Notes: a model not told the origin generated them from the letters alone. DNA of 64,000 bases from Candidatus Cloacimonadales bacterium (GCA_963665815.1 OY762463.1:640001-704000), one strand, 5' to 3'; shown: positions 34,482 through 45,068, counted from the stretch's first letter. Program-made: numbers and translations.

Positions 34482-37040
34482 ATGCATAAATTTTTAACTT
34501 TGTTTTTCTTTTTAATTATTTTAATTCCGGGAGGACTTCTCTGTAAAATGAGCAATAACAATAATGCAAAAAAATACGTCTTCAGGTTTGAACCACTGAC
34601 AGCCGGGGATTACGAAGTCTACGTTGTTGGAGATTTTAACGGTTGGAAGAAAAATGACGACTCAAAAATGTTAAATAATAATGGGATCTATACTAAGGAA
34701 TATTCACTTATTCCCGGTGAATATGCTTATAAATTCTACGTAAACGGAAAATGGATTAAAGACGAAAAAGCTGAAAAGTTTGCACCTGACAGCTTTGGTG
34801 GAGAAAATTCAATTCTGGTTATCGAAGAGACTGACAAAACTCTTCGGCGTATACATCTTGAATATCCTGCATCATCAGGCATATCTTCTGCTGCCGTTAC
34901 AGGCAGTTTCAATAAATGGAATCCTAAGAAATTCGAGATGATTAAAAAAAATGGCAGATTTCAACTCGATTTCATGCTTTATGATGGGAAATATGAGTTT
35001 AAATTTTTGATTGATGGAAAGGAATATCTGCTCAACAAGTTAAAATATAGAACAGTCCCGGATGGACTTGGAGGAGAAAATCACCTGTTAGTAGTTGATA
35101 GTAAACATCCTGAAATAATTGCTGAAAAAGGAGATTCAAGCATTGAAACTGACGTTCTATCAGGTATTAACAGAAATATCTTAGAAAAGATAAGCGATAA
35201 TCTGATTCAATTTACTTTCAGAACGGTAAGAAATGATGTAGAGTATGTCAAACTAAACCTTAATAATAAAGATTATGTAATGCATAAAGCGTATACTGCC
35301 AATAATTTCGATGTATATCAGATTATTCTTGATGCTGAGGAGAACATTGATATTCTTGTTGAATTAACTGACGGTTCAAAAAGTTTGTATTGGAATGGAT
35401 CAAAATTCTCAGATACTAAGGTAGCACCACTAAAAAATGTTCTCAGTGAGATTGATAATCCTGAGCCCAAATGGATTAAAGAAGGGATTATCTATCAGAT
35501 TTTTCCGGATAGATTTCAGAATGGCAATGCTGATCTGAATCAGGATTTCAGTGAATGGTATTATCAGGGTATGACAACACCTCCACCAAAAGGTAAAAAG
35601 CTAAAACCTAAGCAGAAATATTTCAGATTTGTTAAAAACTGGTATGATCATGCGCTTCTGCAGCATAATCCTCTTGCAGAAGACGGAGGACCGGACCTTA
35701 ACACTTTTTATGGTGGTGATATTGATGGAATTCACCAGAAACTTGATTATATAGACGATCTGGGCATAAACATCATATATCTGAATCCAGTTAATGAAGC
35801 ACGATCCAACCACAAGTATGACGTTATAGATTTTAAGAAAATAGATCCACACTTCGGGGATAAAGCTACATTCAAGAAATTTGTTGCTGCTGCACATAGA
35901 AAAGGTATTCAAGTAATTCTTGATCTGGTTCTGAATCATACTGGAGATGGCTTTCATGCGTTTCAACATGTCATAAAGTATGGAAAAGACTCAAAGTATT
36001 TCAATTGGTATGAATGGCGTAAGCTGCCTGTACCTTATCCATTCCCGGATGGATTCAATCCCGAAGAGTATTATGCATCATGGTGGGAACATGCAGACCT
36101 GCCGGATCTGAACTATGATCTTGCTCATCCCATTCCACAGGAAAATAAAATCGAAAATATTGAGGATGCTTCCCCCAATCAGGAGCTTGTTGACTATATG
36201 CTTTCAGTTGCAGATTTTTGGCTTTCAGAGATGGACATAGATGGGTTCAGACTGGATGTTCCTAATGAAGTTCCTTTCTGGTTTCTGGAGCTATTCAGGG
36301 ATAAATGTTATTCAATAAAGCCTGATGCAGTTATTATCGGGGAAATCTGGCAAAACGCTGAAAAATGGATGGATAATGATTATTTCAACGGGATAATGAA
36401 CTACGAATATTTTAAAGATCCTGTTTTGGACTTTATCTGTAACAGTAAAATTAGTGCTGAAGAATTTGATAATAAGATCACTCATGGTCTTGATAAATAT
36501 AGAAACAGTCAGATATCCAGCATGATGAACCTTCTCGACAGTCATGACACCTACAGAATTCTCCGGGTTTCTAATGGTATTTACGATAAAGTAAAACTGG
36601 CAGCATTGTTTCAGATGACATTTAAAGGAATGCCTCACATCTGGTATGGAGATGAAATAGCTATGACCGGAGGTAAAGATCCTGACAATCGCAGACCATT
36701 CAATTGGAAATATTATAGAGACAAGAAAAGCGTTGAGATGAGAAATTATTATAAAATACTGATTGCTCTACGTAAAGACAATAGTGAATTCACATTGGGA
36801 GGATTCAAGACTATTCTTACAGATAAAGATGTATATGTATACTCCAGATTTCTCAAAGATAAAGAATCATTTGTTGTTCTCAACACGGGAAACTCTGAAA
36901 GAACAATCACAATAGATATTGAAAATGCTGCAGACAAATACGTAAATCTCCTGGATGGTACCGAATTCAATTCTGAAAATGGAAAGCTGATTATAAAAGT
37001 ATCCCCTGTTTCAGGAGCTGTTCTCAAAGCTGCGGACTAA
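34482..37040 (+). CDS. Exported GH13 alpha-amylase/neopullulanase with two N-terminal CBM48-like domains
   Basis: Signal peptide; VVGDFNGW and VTGSFNKW; YQIFPDRF; catalytic GFRLDV, GEIW, LDSHD. Confidence 0.9.
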   Translation: MHKFLTLFFFLIILIPGGLLCKMSNNNNAKKYVFRFEPLTAGDYEVYVVGDFNGWKKNDDSKMLNNNGIYTKEYSLIPGEYAYKFYVNGKWIKDEKAEKFAPDSFGGENSILVIEETDKTLRRIHLEYPASSGISSAAVTGSFNKWNPKKFEMIKKNGRFQLDFMLYDGKYEFKFLIDGKEYLLNKLKYRTVPDGLGGENHLLVVDSKHPEIIAEKGDSSIETDVLSGINRNILEKISDNLIQFTFRTVRNDVEYVKLNLNNKDYVMHKAYTANNFDVYQIILDAEENIDILVELTDGSKSLYWNGSKFSDTKVAPLKNVLSEIDNPEPKWIKEGIIYQIFPDRFQNGNADLNQDFSEWYYQGMTTPPPKGKKLKPKQKYFRFVKNWYDHALLQHNPLAEDGGPDLNTFYGGDIDGIHQKLDYIDDLGINIIYLNPVNEARSNHKYDVIDFKKIDPHFGDKATFKKFVAAAHRKGIQVILDLVLNHTGDGFHAFQHVIKYGKDSKYFNWYEWRKLPVPYPFPDGFNPEEYYASWWEHADLPDLNYDLAHPIPQENKIENIEDASPNQELVDYMLSVADFWLSEMDIDGFRLDVPNEVPFWFLELFRDKCYSIKPDAVIIGEIWQNAEKWMDNDYFNGIMNYEYFKDPVLDFICNSKISAEEFDNKITHGLDKYRNSQISSMMNLLDSHDTYRILRVSNGIYDKVKLAALFQMTFKGMPHIWYGDEIAMTGGKDPDNRRPFNWKYYRDKKSVEMRNYYKILIALRKDNSEFTLGGFKTILTDKDVYVYSRFLKDKESFVVLNTGNSERTITIDIENAADKYVNLLDGTEFNSENGKLIIKVSPVSGAVLKAAD

Positions 37041-38522
37041 TTTCATAAACTCAGATATCTTACCGGAACTTATAGCAGTCTCAGACATTTTCCAGTTCCA
37101 GTTACCTGTTCTGGTTCCAGGTGTATTCATTCTTCCATAAGAACCCAGTCCGAGTGCATCCTGAACAGGAAATATCAGCGTTTCCGCTCCTGAACATACA
37201 GCAGCCTTCAAAATCTCTCGGAATATTGCTGATTCGCCGAAAGTATGCATATTTCTGCTCTTGCACCAATCCATCAGTTGCCTGTTATTACTGCGAATTG
37301 ATGATTTGATCCAGCCAATCAGAGTATCATTGTCATGTGTTCCCGTGTAAAGATAATCACTTTTATCCATATGTTTCAGGTCTTCGATGTAATGAAATTG
37401 CATAACCTTCATACCGGGAATATCATTTTCTTTTCTTATGGATTCCACTACATCTGTCAAGATACCAAGATTCTCTGCTAATACCTTTATTTTTACGTGT
37501 TTTATAACATGTTCAATAAATTTTACTCCCGGACCATCTTTCCATAATCCTTTTTTTGCAGTATTGGAACCATAAGGTATTGACCAGTAATTAATCAGAC
37601 CAATAAAGTGATCGATCCTTACTTCATCCATCAGCTCAGATAAATGATTCAATCTTTCCTGCCACCAGAGATATACCTTATCACTATTACTGTTCCACCT
37701 GTATAACGGATTACCCCATAATTGCCCTGTTTTTGAGAAATAATCCGGAGGTACGCCTGCAACAGAATTTGGAAGACTCTTGTCGGAAAGATCAAAAATA
37801 TCTTTGTTACTCCAAACATCAGAACTATCCATAGCAACATATACTGGTATGTCACCAATGATTCTTATTCCTTTTTTGTTCGCATATTTCCTCAAAGCTG
37901 TCCATTGCATATAAAACAAATACTGTTTGAAAACGATGTAATCGAATTTTTCCTGATTACCATAGATTGTACTTTTAACCAGTTCATGTGAGAAACATCT
38001 ATCGGAAGTTCTCCATTCAATCCACGATTTTCCTTCATTATCCTCTTTCAAAATCTTATATGCCGCAAAAGGTTCTATCCAGTATGAATTACCCAGCACA
38101 AAATCATTGTATGTTTTACTATCTTTGTATATCCCGTTTAATGAGTTAAACAGTATTTTAAGGAGCCTTGCTTTTGCAGAATAAGATTTTTGATAATCTA
38201 TCTTAGGTGTCTTCTTCCATGCTTCAAGTACCAGTATATATTCCTTTGTTACCCCTGAAACATCAATATATTCTGAAAAATACATCAAAGCTTGTGAGAC
38301 GGATATCATAATTGGATTACCTGCAAAAGCGGATATAGAGCTGTAAGGAGAATTATCAAATCCTGTGTGGTTCAGAGGTAGAATCTGCCAATATCTGATA
38401 TGTTCAGCATGCAACATATCGATAAATTTATAAGCCTCGTTTCCAAAGTCTCCAATGCTGAATTCAGATGATAGTGATACAGGATGAAGGAGAAACCCGT
38501 ATTTTCTTTTATTTTCTTTCAT
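37011..38522 (-). CDS. malQ: 4-alpha-glucanotransferase (GH77)
   Basis: WQILPL, IIGDIPVYV, AGVPPDYFSKTGQLWGNP, RIDHF, YTGTHDNDT, RMNTPG. Confidence 0.93.
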   Translation of the reverse strand: MKENKRKYGFLLHPVSLSSEFSIGDFGNEAYKFIDMLHAEHIRYWQILPLNHTGFDNSPYSSISAFAGNPIMISVSQALMYFSEYIDVSGVTKEYILVLEAWKKTPKIDYQKSYSAKARLLKILFNSLNGIYKDSKTYNDFVLGNSYWIEPFAAYKILKEDNEGKSWIEWRTSDRCFSHELVKSTIYGNQEKFDYIVFKQYLFYMQWTALRKYANKKGIRIIGDIPVYVAMDSSDVWSNKDIFDLSDKSLPNSVAGVPPDYFSKTGQLWGNPLYRWNSNSDKVYLWWQERLNHLSELMDEVRIDHFIGLINYWSIPYGSNTAKKGLWKDGPGVKFIEHVIKHVKIKVLAENLGILTDVVESIRKENDIPGMKVMQFHYIEDLKHMDKSDYLYTGTHDNDTLIGWIKSSIRSNNRQLMDWCKSRNMHTFGESAIFREILKAAVCSGAETLIFPVQDALGLGSYGRMNTPGTRTGNWNWKMSETAISSGKISEFMKLVRSFENSS

Positions 38523-38625
38523 TATTTCTATTCCATTAACATTCTTTCTATACTCTGAAAAAAGATTGTCAATTTATGTTTTCAGGATATATTATTTTAA
38601 AAATTACATCGAACAAGGAGAAAGT

Positions 38626-39087
38626 ATGCTAATCAGAACAAAATCAACAATTACTTTACCTCTTTACAATATGAAATCAAGAGATTACGATGAACAGAAA
38701 GATAAAATAAGCAACTTAAAAATTACTGGAAGGATAAAAAAAATATCATTCCATGCTCCTTCAGATGAAAAAGTCACTATTATAACTAGTCACATAATTG
38801 AGATTCGCAAAATCAAAAGAACAGATGAAATACATAAGAATCGTGATGGAAGTTTCACTTTAGCAAAACAGGAAATTATTGTAAAAGTACAATCCGTAAA
38901 CAATACATATATGATTTTTGCAAAACTATTCAATAATGAAAATGAAAAAGAGATAAATGAAGAAGCAGATTTAATAGTTAGAGAAATTACTGCTGCAATT
39001 GATGATATGGTTACAAACTCGAATCCATTTGTTAATATATCTAATCAATTGGAACATAGATTCAATAAAATTACAGATACCCTATAA
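38626..39087 (+). CDS. Hypothetical protein
   Basis: AAGGAG RBS before ATG 38626; 153-aa ORF filling the intergenic gap. Confidence 0.65.
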   Translation: MLIRTKSTITLPLYNMKSRDYDEQKDKISNLKITGRIKKISFHAPSDEKVTIITSHIIEIRKIKRTDEIHKNRDGSFTLAKQEIIVKVQSVNNTYMIFAKLFNNENEKEINEEADLIVREITAAIDDMVTNSNPFVNISNQLEHRFNKITDTL

Positions 39088-39132
39088 AAAAGCGGCATTG
39101 CTTAATATGATTAAAGTATTCAATACAAAGAA

Positions 39133-39882
39133 CTAATTTCCCAGTATACTATCCAAAGTTCCATCAGACTTCATTTCATGTAGAGCTGCGGATACTTTCA
39201 TTTCTAACATTCTACCTTTATCAGTATCTCTGAAAACATAATATGTATTCGCAATGGCAATAGGCGAGTTCTTATCATAGTGCACTTTATCCAGTATTCC
39301 CAAGATTCTGCAGGACCCAAGAACTGCAGTTTCCTCTCCTACAAAAGCATCTATCCTATTGTTTCTAAGTTTAATTGCACTTTGCTGAAGGTTATCAGTT
39401 TCCTCAATTTTAAAATCTCTGTCTTCAGCTTTAAAATCCTTACTAACACAATGATCAAGGTATCCACGGAGTATACCAACAGTCAATCCTTTAAGTTCTT
39501 TTACGTCACTGAAAATTGGTTGATTCTTATGTGTAAAGATATAATCTTTTTTCGTATAGAAAGATTCCTCAGACTGTATTATTCCATCTTTTTTCTTGTA
39601 GATTCCTTCAACTGCCGGAAAGAGCATATCCCCCTCCCCTGCTTTGAAATCTTCTACAGCACGTTTTGTAGGCTTAAATACAATATTGAATTTTAATCCG
39701 GTTCTTCGTTCTACTTCTCGAGTAATTAACACGAAAGTACCTTCAGTATCATTGATCATAAGTTCCGGAACAAGAAATGACATTACTTTAACAGGCTCTC
39801 CATCAAAATCATAAAGACAATTAATTGAGCTTGTAACAATAATAAAAAGATAAAATAAAATACATTTTCTCAGACGCATCAT
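39133..39882 (-). CDS. Periplasmic substrate-binding protein (family 3-like), orphan
   Basis: Signal peptide, KPTKRA, LKGLTVGILRGY, NRIDAF, MKSDGTLDSIL; GGAGG RBS. Confidence 0.82.
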   Translation of the reverse strand: MMRLRKCILFYLFIIVTSSINCLYDFDGEPVKVMSFLVPELMINDTEGTFVLITREVERRTGLKFNIVFKPTKRAVEDFKAGEGDMLFPAVEGIYKKKDGIIQSEESFYTKKDYIFTHKNQPIFSDVKELKGLTVGILRGYLDHCVSKDFKAEDRDFKIEETDNLQQSAIKLRNNRIDAFVGEETAVLGSCRILGILDKVHYDKNSPIAIANTYYVFRDTDKGRMLEMKVSAALHEMKSDGTLDSILGN

Positions 39883-40184
39883 AATCTCTACCTCCGGAAA
39901 GAGATTCATTCAATTGTAAAGGAATACACGGAGTATCAATACTATTTTAATAACTTTTTTTGCAAATATTTAATAGTCAAAATAGATTTGTCAATATAAT
40001 TTTCATAACTTGAACATACTCTCTTATGAAGTTATGATTTTTTAAAATTAACACTATCCATGTTTAGAATCAGGTTATGGAAAAAGCAGTCCTGATACAG
40101 AACTGGAAAGATTCTGTTGACAGACATTTAGAGAATATTCAATCTTTCTCAAATCAAAAAAAATAATAAGGAACTTGAGGTAAT

Positions 40185-40685
40185 ATGGCAATAGAAACAG
40201 CAGCAATAACTAAAATTGTATCTCAACTCACTACTGTAGTTCCTAAAATAATCAGCAAATACAGACAATCAGGCCTGCAACGGAAAGTGATGTTTCTTGA
40301 TATGCTGGAAGAAGCTCAGGATAATCTGACAATGCTCAAAGAAGACTATATCAGAAACGCAGCAGCACACAATTTGATTATCGATAATCTTGAAAATGAG
40401 AAGCTTAAAGAGTTGATAAAAGCAATCCGGTATAAAAAATTCAGCCCGAAAGCAATTGTTTTGAATGAGCAGTCCAAAGACCTGTGTTCCTGTTACAAAC
40501 AATATAAACAGTTTAATTCAATGGGGCTACAGGATTTTTTGGTTAATATAAACAAAAAGATCAAGGAACTTAAAATAAAGAGAAAGCTATATCAGGAAAA
40601 TGAATCAGGAAAATACAAACCTGATATCCGCCTGAGAAACCTGATAAAGATGTATGAACTGTTATTCGCCAGATTGAAACTTTAG
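40185..40685 (+). CDS. Hypothetical protein, helical
   Basis: GAGG RBS, TTGACA at about 40117, 166-aa ORF. Confidence 0.65.
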   Translation: MAIETAAITKIVSQLTTVVPKIISKYRQSGLQRKVMFLDMLEEAQDNLTMLKEDYIRNAAAHNLIIDNLENEKLKELIKAIRYKKFSPKAIVLNEQSKDLCSCYKQYKQFNSMGLQDFLVNINKKIKELKIKRKLYQENESGKYKPDIRLRNLIKMYELLFARLKL

Positions 40686-40831
40686 TCACCCATTATTGGC
40701 ATTGTTAGATACTACTTTGAATACTAGTCTGATAATGCCAGTTCAGCAAGTTCCACAAAAGTTTTTAAGTACCCGATCATACCTATTCCATTAATAATAG
40801 CTCATCATATGCAGAATGCTATTAATTTTTT

Positions 40832-41833
40832 TTAATCCCCAATATTAACCAGTTCATGTTCCTGTAAAGGCAAACTGTATTTATACACTTTTTCACTTTT
40901 AATATCAATAAAGAACATGAGATTATCTTTGATGACTTCAGAATTATCCAAGAGTACATGATGCTCGGGAAGAGCAAACTGCCTGAGTACTTTCCCTTTT
41001 CGACTTACTAGTGCAATAACAGATCGTGATCTCTCCACTTTTGTTCTGAAATCTCTGACCTGTTGTTCTTCACCATATTTGTATGATGTTACAACTAACC
41101 ATAATCCAATATCGTTGTAACCGCATATATGAGCTGAAGAGCCGTCATCATACTCCCGGTACAGATTTTCCAGCAAATTCTCTTTATCTTCAGCAACATC
41201 GGAATAGGTATTCAGATATAAGTTTTCTTCCTTTTTATCCAGAATATAGGTGTAATCACCTTTGATAAAATATGAACTGAAACTGTAGTTCTCCCTTAGA
41301 AATTTCTCAACCTTGCCTTTTATGACCAGGCTTCCGTCTTCAATTGAATACAGCTTATTCTCTGGCAGAAGCTTACCTGTAAAATCTCTGCAATAAATAC
41401 CTGAACTGCTTCTCAACATATCACTGACCTGCACATCACTGATTTCATTAACCAGCTTACCATCTCCATTCAATACTGATATTCGATTGTTACCGATATC
41501 ACTTATATAAACAAATGAGTCATCGCTTGTGACACTCATGACCTGAAAGAACTCTCCGGGACCTCTTCCCTCTTCACCGGTTTTCCTGATAAATGACATA
41601 TCTTTTATTCTGTACTCCCAGATTCCCTTAAATTCATCAGCAATCACAAGTTTGTCATCAAAAACTGCTAAATCAATGGCATTGCTCATATCCAACTCAA
41701 GGCTATCAGCAGAAGTCAGAAAATCTATTCTGTACTTTTCTACCGTACAGGAAGTAATGCTCACTGCTAAAATTATAAGAAATGATATTGCTGAAATATT
41801 CATGATATTTAAGATGGCTCTTTTATACAACAT
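40832..41833 (-). CDS. 6-bladed beta-propeller (NHL-like) lipoprotein
   Basis: ITSC lipobox; GEEGRGPGEF and YISDIGNNRISV motifs. Confidence 0.8.
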   Translation of the reverse strand: MLYKRAILNIMNISAISFLIILAVSITSCTVEKYRIDFLTSADSLELDMSNAIDLAVFDDKLVIADEFKGIWEYRIKDMSFIRKTGEEGRGPGEFFQVMSVTSDDSFVYISDIGNNRISVLNGDGKLVNEISDVQVSDMLRSSSGIYCRDFTGKLLPENKLYSIEDGSLVIKGKVEKFLRENYSFSSYFIKGDYTYILDKKEENLYLNTYSDVAEDKENLLENLYREYDDGSSAHICGYNDIGLWLVVTSYKYGEEQQVRDFRTKVERSRSVIALVSRKGKVLRQFALPEHHVLLDNSEVIKDNLMFFIDIKSEKVYKYSLPLQEHELVNIGD

Positions 41834-41970
41834 ATTATACCTTTCATTTTTTAGATTTTTAATTTTTTAAAATGATTTTCCATTATTAACTGTCAATTAG
41901 AATAACTCTACAGAATTATATTTACATAACATAGCACTAAATAATAATCAATCATTGAAGGAGATAAATC

Positions 41971-42759
41971 ATGATTTATAAAAATGGTAACACTGAAATA
42001 TACTATGAAGTTTATGGTGAAGGTAACCCTGTGCTTCTTATTGCAGGTCTGGCTTCAAATTCTGTTAGCTGGGGATCTGTAACACAAGAGCTTGCAAAAA
42101 AACATAGAGTTATTGTGTTTGACAATAGATACTGCGGTCGAACAAAAACAACAGAATCAGATCTCAATGTGAATATAATGGCTAATGATGCTAAGAGTCT
42201 TCTTGAATACCTTTGTATTGATAAACTGGATATTGTTGGGCATTCCATGGGTGGAATAATTGCCCTGGAACTTGTGCAGCTTATTCCGGATAAAGTAAAT
42301 AAGGTTATAGCTGCTGCATGTCCACATAAAATATCAGCCAGAAACACAGCATTATTCAATAGCTGGTTAGAATTGAAGAATGCAGGAATTACTGCCAGAT
42401 TATGGTTTGAGAATATTTTTTACTGGATTCTAACTCTTGACTTTTTTGAGGACAAGGAACTCCTGAAAACTGCTCTTGACTTCTCTGAAAACTATCCTTT
42501 CAATCAAACAGCTCAAGCTTTGGGTAAGCAGGTTCAAGCACTTAACGACTTTAATTTCGGGGAAAACCTGAGTAAAATTGATGCGAAAGTGCTTGTAATA
42601 GCCGGAGAAAAAGATATCCTGATACCGATTGAAGAATGCAGAATTTTAGCAAGGAGCCTCGAGAATTCTCAATTCAAAATTATACCTGATGCAGCTCATT
42701 CATTACACTCTGAAAAACCATTGGAGTTTGTCAGAGTTATCGAAGATTTTCTTCAGTAA
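41971..42759 (+). CDS. Alpha/beta fold hydrolase
   Basis: GHSMGG nucleophile elbow, AGEKD, AAH catalytic His. Confidence 0.92.
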   Translation: MIYKNGNTEIYYEVYGEGNPVLLIAGLASNSVSWGSVTQELAKKHRVIVFDNRYCGRTKTTESDLNVNIMANDAKSLLEYLCIDKLDIVGHSMGGIIALELVQLIPDKVNKVIAAACPHKISARNTALFNSWLELKNAGITARLWFENIFYWILTLDFFEDKELLKTALDFSENYPFNQTAQALGKQVQALNDFNFGENLSKIDAKVLVIAGEKDILIPIEECRILARSLENSQFKIIPDAAHSLHSEKPLEFVRVIEDFLQ

Positions 42760-42856
42760 TAAATGCTGTAAATTTCATTGAAATGATTATCCTTTGACAT
42801 TAAATCAATGATTTTAAATATGGTTAACCAAAATAATAAAGAAACAGGAATTGAAA

Positions 42857-43603
42857 ATGGAAAACAAAATTTTAGCAAAGGTAAACGGAAAAGAAATCAC
42901 TCAGAACGACATGAACATGCTTTTACATAGCCTTGGACAGCAAAGAGCTGCACAATTCAACAGCGAAGAAGGAAGAAAGCATATACTGAATGAACTCATT
43001 AATCAAAATCTGTTTTTAATGGACGCAAGAGCTAATAAAATAGATGAAACCAAAATGTTTAAAGAAGAACTTGATAGAATGATCGACACAATGATGATTC
43101 AATTCAGAATGAATCAGGTTATGGGATCTGTTCAAGTATCTGACGAAGAACTTAAAGAGTATTATGAAGTACACAAAGCTCATTACAGCAAACAGGAATC
43201 TGTGACAGCATCACATATTCTTGTGGCTTCCGAAGATGAATGCCGTTCTATAAAAGAGAAGATCACTGCAGGTGATGTAACTTTTGAAGATGCTGCTATG
43301 GAATACTCATCATGTCCATCTAAACAAAATGGTGGATCACTCGGTAATTTTGGTAGAGGAAGAATGGTTCCTGAATTTGATCAGGCTGCTTTTGAAATGG
43401 AAGTTGGTGAAGTCAGTGATCCTATTCAAACACAATTCGGTTTTCATCTGATTAAAGTTACAGAAAAAACTGATGCAGAACCATCAACTTTTGAAGAATC
43501 TAAAGAGCATGTATTCAATCATTTAATGCAGGATCGTCAAAAAGAAGTTTATATGTCTAAACTTGAAGAACTTAAAAAACAATATACAGTTGAAATGCTG
43601 TAG
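42857..43603 (+). CDS. Parvulin/PpiC-type peptidyl-prolyl isomerase (no signal peptide)
   Basis: ASHILV, YSSCPSKQNGGSLG, MVPEFD, TQFGFHLI. Confidence 0.92.
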   Translation: MENKILAKVNGKEITQNDMNMLLHSLGQQRAAQFNSEEGRKHILNELINQNLFLMDARANKIDETKMFKEELDRMIDTMMIQFRMNQVMGSVQVSDEELKEYYEVHKAHYSKQESVTASHILVASEDECRSIKEKITAGDVTFEDAAMEYSSCPSKQNGGSLGNFGRGRMVPEFDQAAFEMEVGEVSDPIQTQFGFHLIKVTEKTDAEPSTFEESKEHVFNHLMQDRQKEVYMSKLEELKKQYTVEML

Positions 43604-43621
43604 ATAGATCAAAATTTCTAT

Positions 43622-43648
43622 GCCCCTGTACAAGGGGCTTTTTCTTTT
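43622..43648 (+). terminator. Intrinsic terminator
   Basis: GCCCCT-GTACA-AGGGGC followed by TTTTTCTTTT. Confidence 0.65.
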
Positions 43649-43657
43649 GGAGCTAAC

Positions 43658-44125
43658 ATGTACAAAATCAGAACTTCAGCAAAAGCCATTATCATTCATG
43701 AAGACAAGATACTTCTTTCTAAGCACGCAGACGAAAATGGAAAAATATACTACATACTCCCGGGTGGAGGGCAAAACCATTATGAGGATTTAGAATCTAC
43801 AGTTAAACGAGAATGTCTCGAGGAAGTCGGTGCAGAAGTAAAAGTGCAGGATATTGCCTTTGTACGTGACTATATAGAGGAAAATCATGAGTTTGCAGGC
43901 AGGAATAAGGATTTCCATCAAGTAGAGTTGATGTTCCTCTGCAATATTACTAATCCGTATAATCTGCATCATCCTACAGAGCTGGATACCAGACAGGTTT
44001 CCCGTGAATGGATTCCGCTGAGTGAAATCCCGGAGATCAATCTCTATCCAAAAGTACTTAAGGACAAAATACCGGAATACCTGAACGGAAATACGTGTAG
44101 GATATATTTAGGTGATGTGAATTAA
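43658..44125 (+). CDS. NUDIX hydrolase
   Basis: Nudix box GGGQNHYEDLESTVKRECLEEVG. Confidence 0.92.
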   Translation: MYKIRTSAKAIIIHEDKILLSKHADENGKIYYILPGGGQNHYEDLESTVKRECLEEVGAEVKVQDIAFVRDYIEENHEFAGRNKDFHQVELMFLCNITNPYNLHHPTELDTRQVSREWIPLSEIPEINLYPKVLKDKIPEYLNGNTCRIYLGDVN

Positions 44126-44144
44126 AGGAATTGGATTACAAAAC

Positions 44145-44178
44145 TCCGCAGACCAAACTACAACGTTCAATCTGCGGA
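44145..44178. terminator. Hairpin between convergent genes
   Basis: TCCGCAGA-N18-TCTGCGGA. Confidence 0.4.
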
Positions 44179-44256
44179 TATAAACACTTTTCTAAAGTTT
44201 CAGCATAGTCAAAGAGTAATCTTAGTAACATTTAATTAATAACAGTATTGAACATC

Positions 44257-44381
44257 CCTCTTAATGATCCTTCAGAGGACTGGTATAGTTGATGAAAACA
44301 AGCTTTCATCTAAGAATTTCGTTCGAATCTGTTTATTGTGATATTTTGAGTACAAACCTCTTAATGATCCTTAAGAGGACT
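44257..44381. repeat. 25-bp palindromic direct repeat duplicating the prxU 3' end
   Basis: CCTCTTAATGATCCTT(C/A)AGAGGACT at 44257-44281 and 44357-44381. Confidence 0.85.
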
Positions 44382-45068
44382 CCATTCTTTCCACACGTTT
44401 CCGACTAATGCAGGTCCAGGTTTAAGGACTTTCTTGCCCTCGTCCCAACCGGCAGGACAGACTTCAGCACCTTTAGTTTTTCTAACATGCTGATAAGCCT
44501 TAATTTGACGTATTGTTTCTTCCAGTTTACGACCAACCGGTGGTGTCAGTACTTCCATTGCCTGGATAACACCATCCGGGTCTATAATAAAGCGTCCACG
44601 GAATTCTACCCCGGCAGCTTCATCATAAACACCATATATTCTTCCAACATGACCGGCTCCATCCGAAGCCATATGGAAAGGCACATCCTTTCCTGCCATC
44701 TTGCTTAATTCCTGATCATTCCATACCTTGTGGACAAATTGACTATCGACACTAACGGATACAACATCTGCACCCAGATCAAGTAACTTTTCATAATTGG
44801 CAGCGACCGCTGACACTTCTGTTGCGCAAACAAACGTAAAGTCGCCCGGGTAAAAACACAGTACGAGCCACTTTCCTTTAAAATCAGAAAACTTTACAGT
44901 AGTAAAACCTCCCTGATAATAAGCCGGAGCTTCAAAATCAGGAGCTTTATGACCTACTCTTGCTACTTCCATAGCAATCTCCTTAACAACAGCTTCTTCT
45001 GCTTTTGCTTCGGGAACGCCTTCGACCTTGCTTATTGGTCTGGCACATCCTGCAGATTTTTCAGCCAT
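44361..45068 (-). CDS. prxU: Peroxiredoxin, PrxU family (Cys form)
   Basis: N-terminal GCARP, FYPGDFTFVCATE, FIIDPDG, VCPAGW. Confidence 0.88.
   Translation of the reverse strand: MAEKSAGCARPISKVEGVPEAKAEEAVVKEIAMEVARVGHKAPDFEAPAYYQGGFTTVKFSDFKGKWLVLCFYPGDFTFVCATEVSAVAANYEKLLDLGADVVSVSVDSQFVHKVWNDQELSKMAGKDVPFHMASDGAGHVGRIYGVYDEAAGVEFRGRFIIDPDGVIQAMEVLTPPVGRKLEETIRQIKAYQHVRKTKGAEVCPAGWDEGKKVLKPGPALVGNVWKEWSPLKDH

Noticed and set aside
44257-44381. Palindromic repeat pair as a mini-CRISPR
   Set aside because: Only two copies, a 75-bp spacer, one copy is coding sequence, and there are no cas genes
44825-44830. Selenocysteine read-through in prxU
   Set aside because: The codon is TGC (Cys), not TGA
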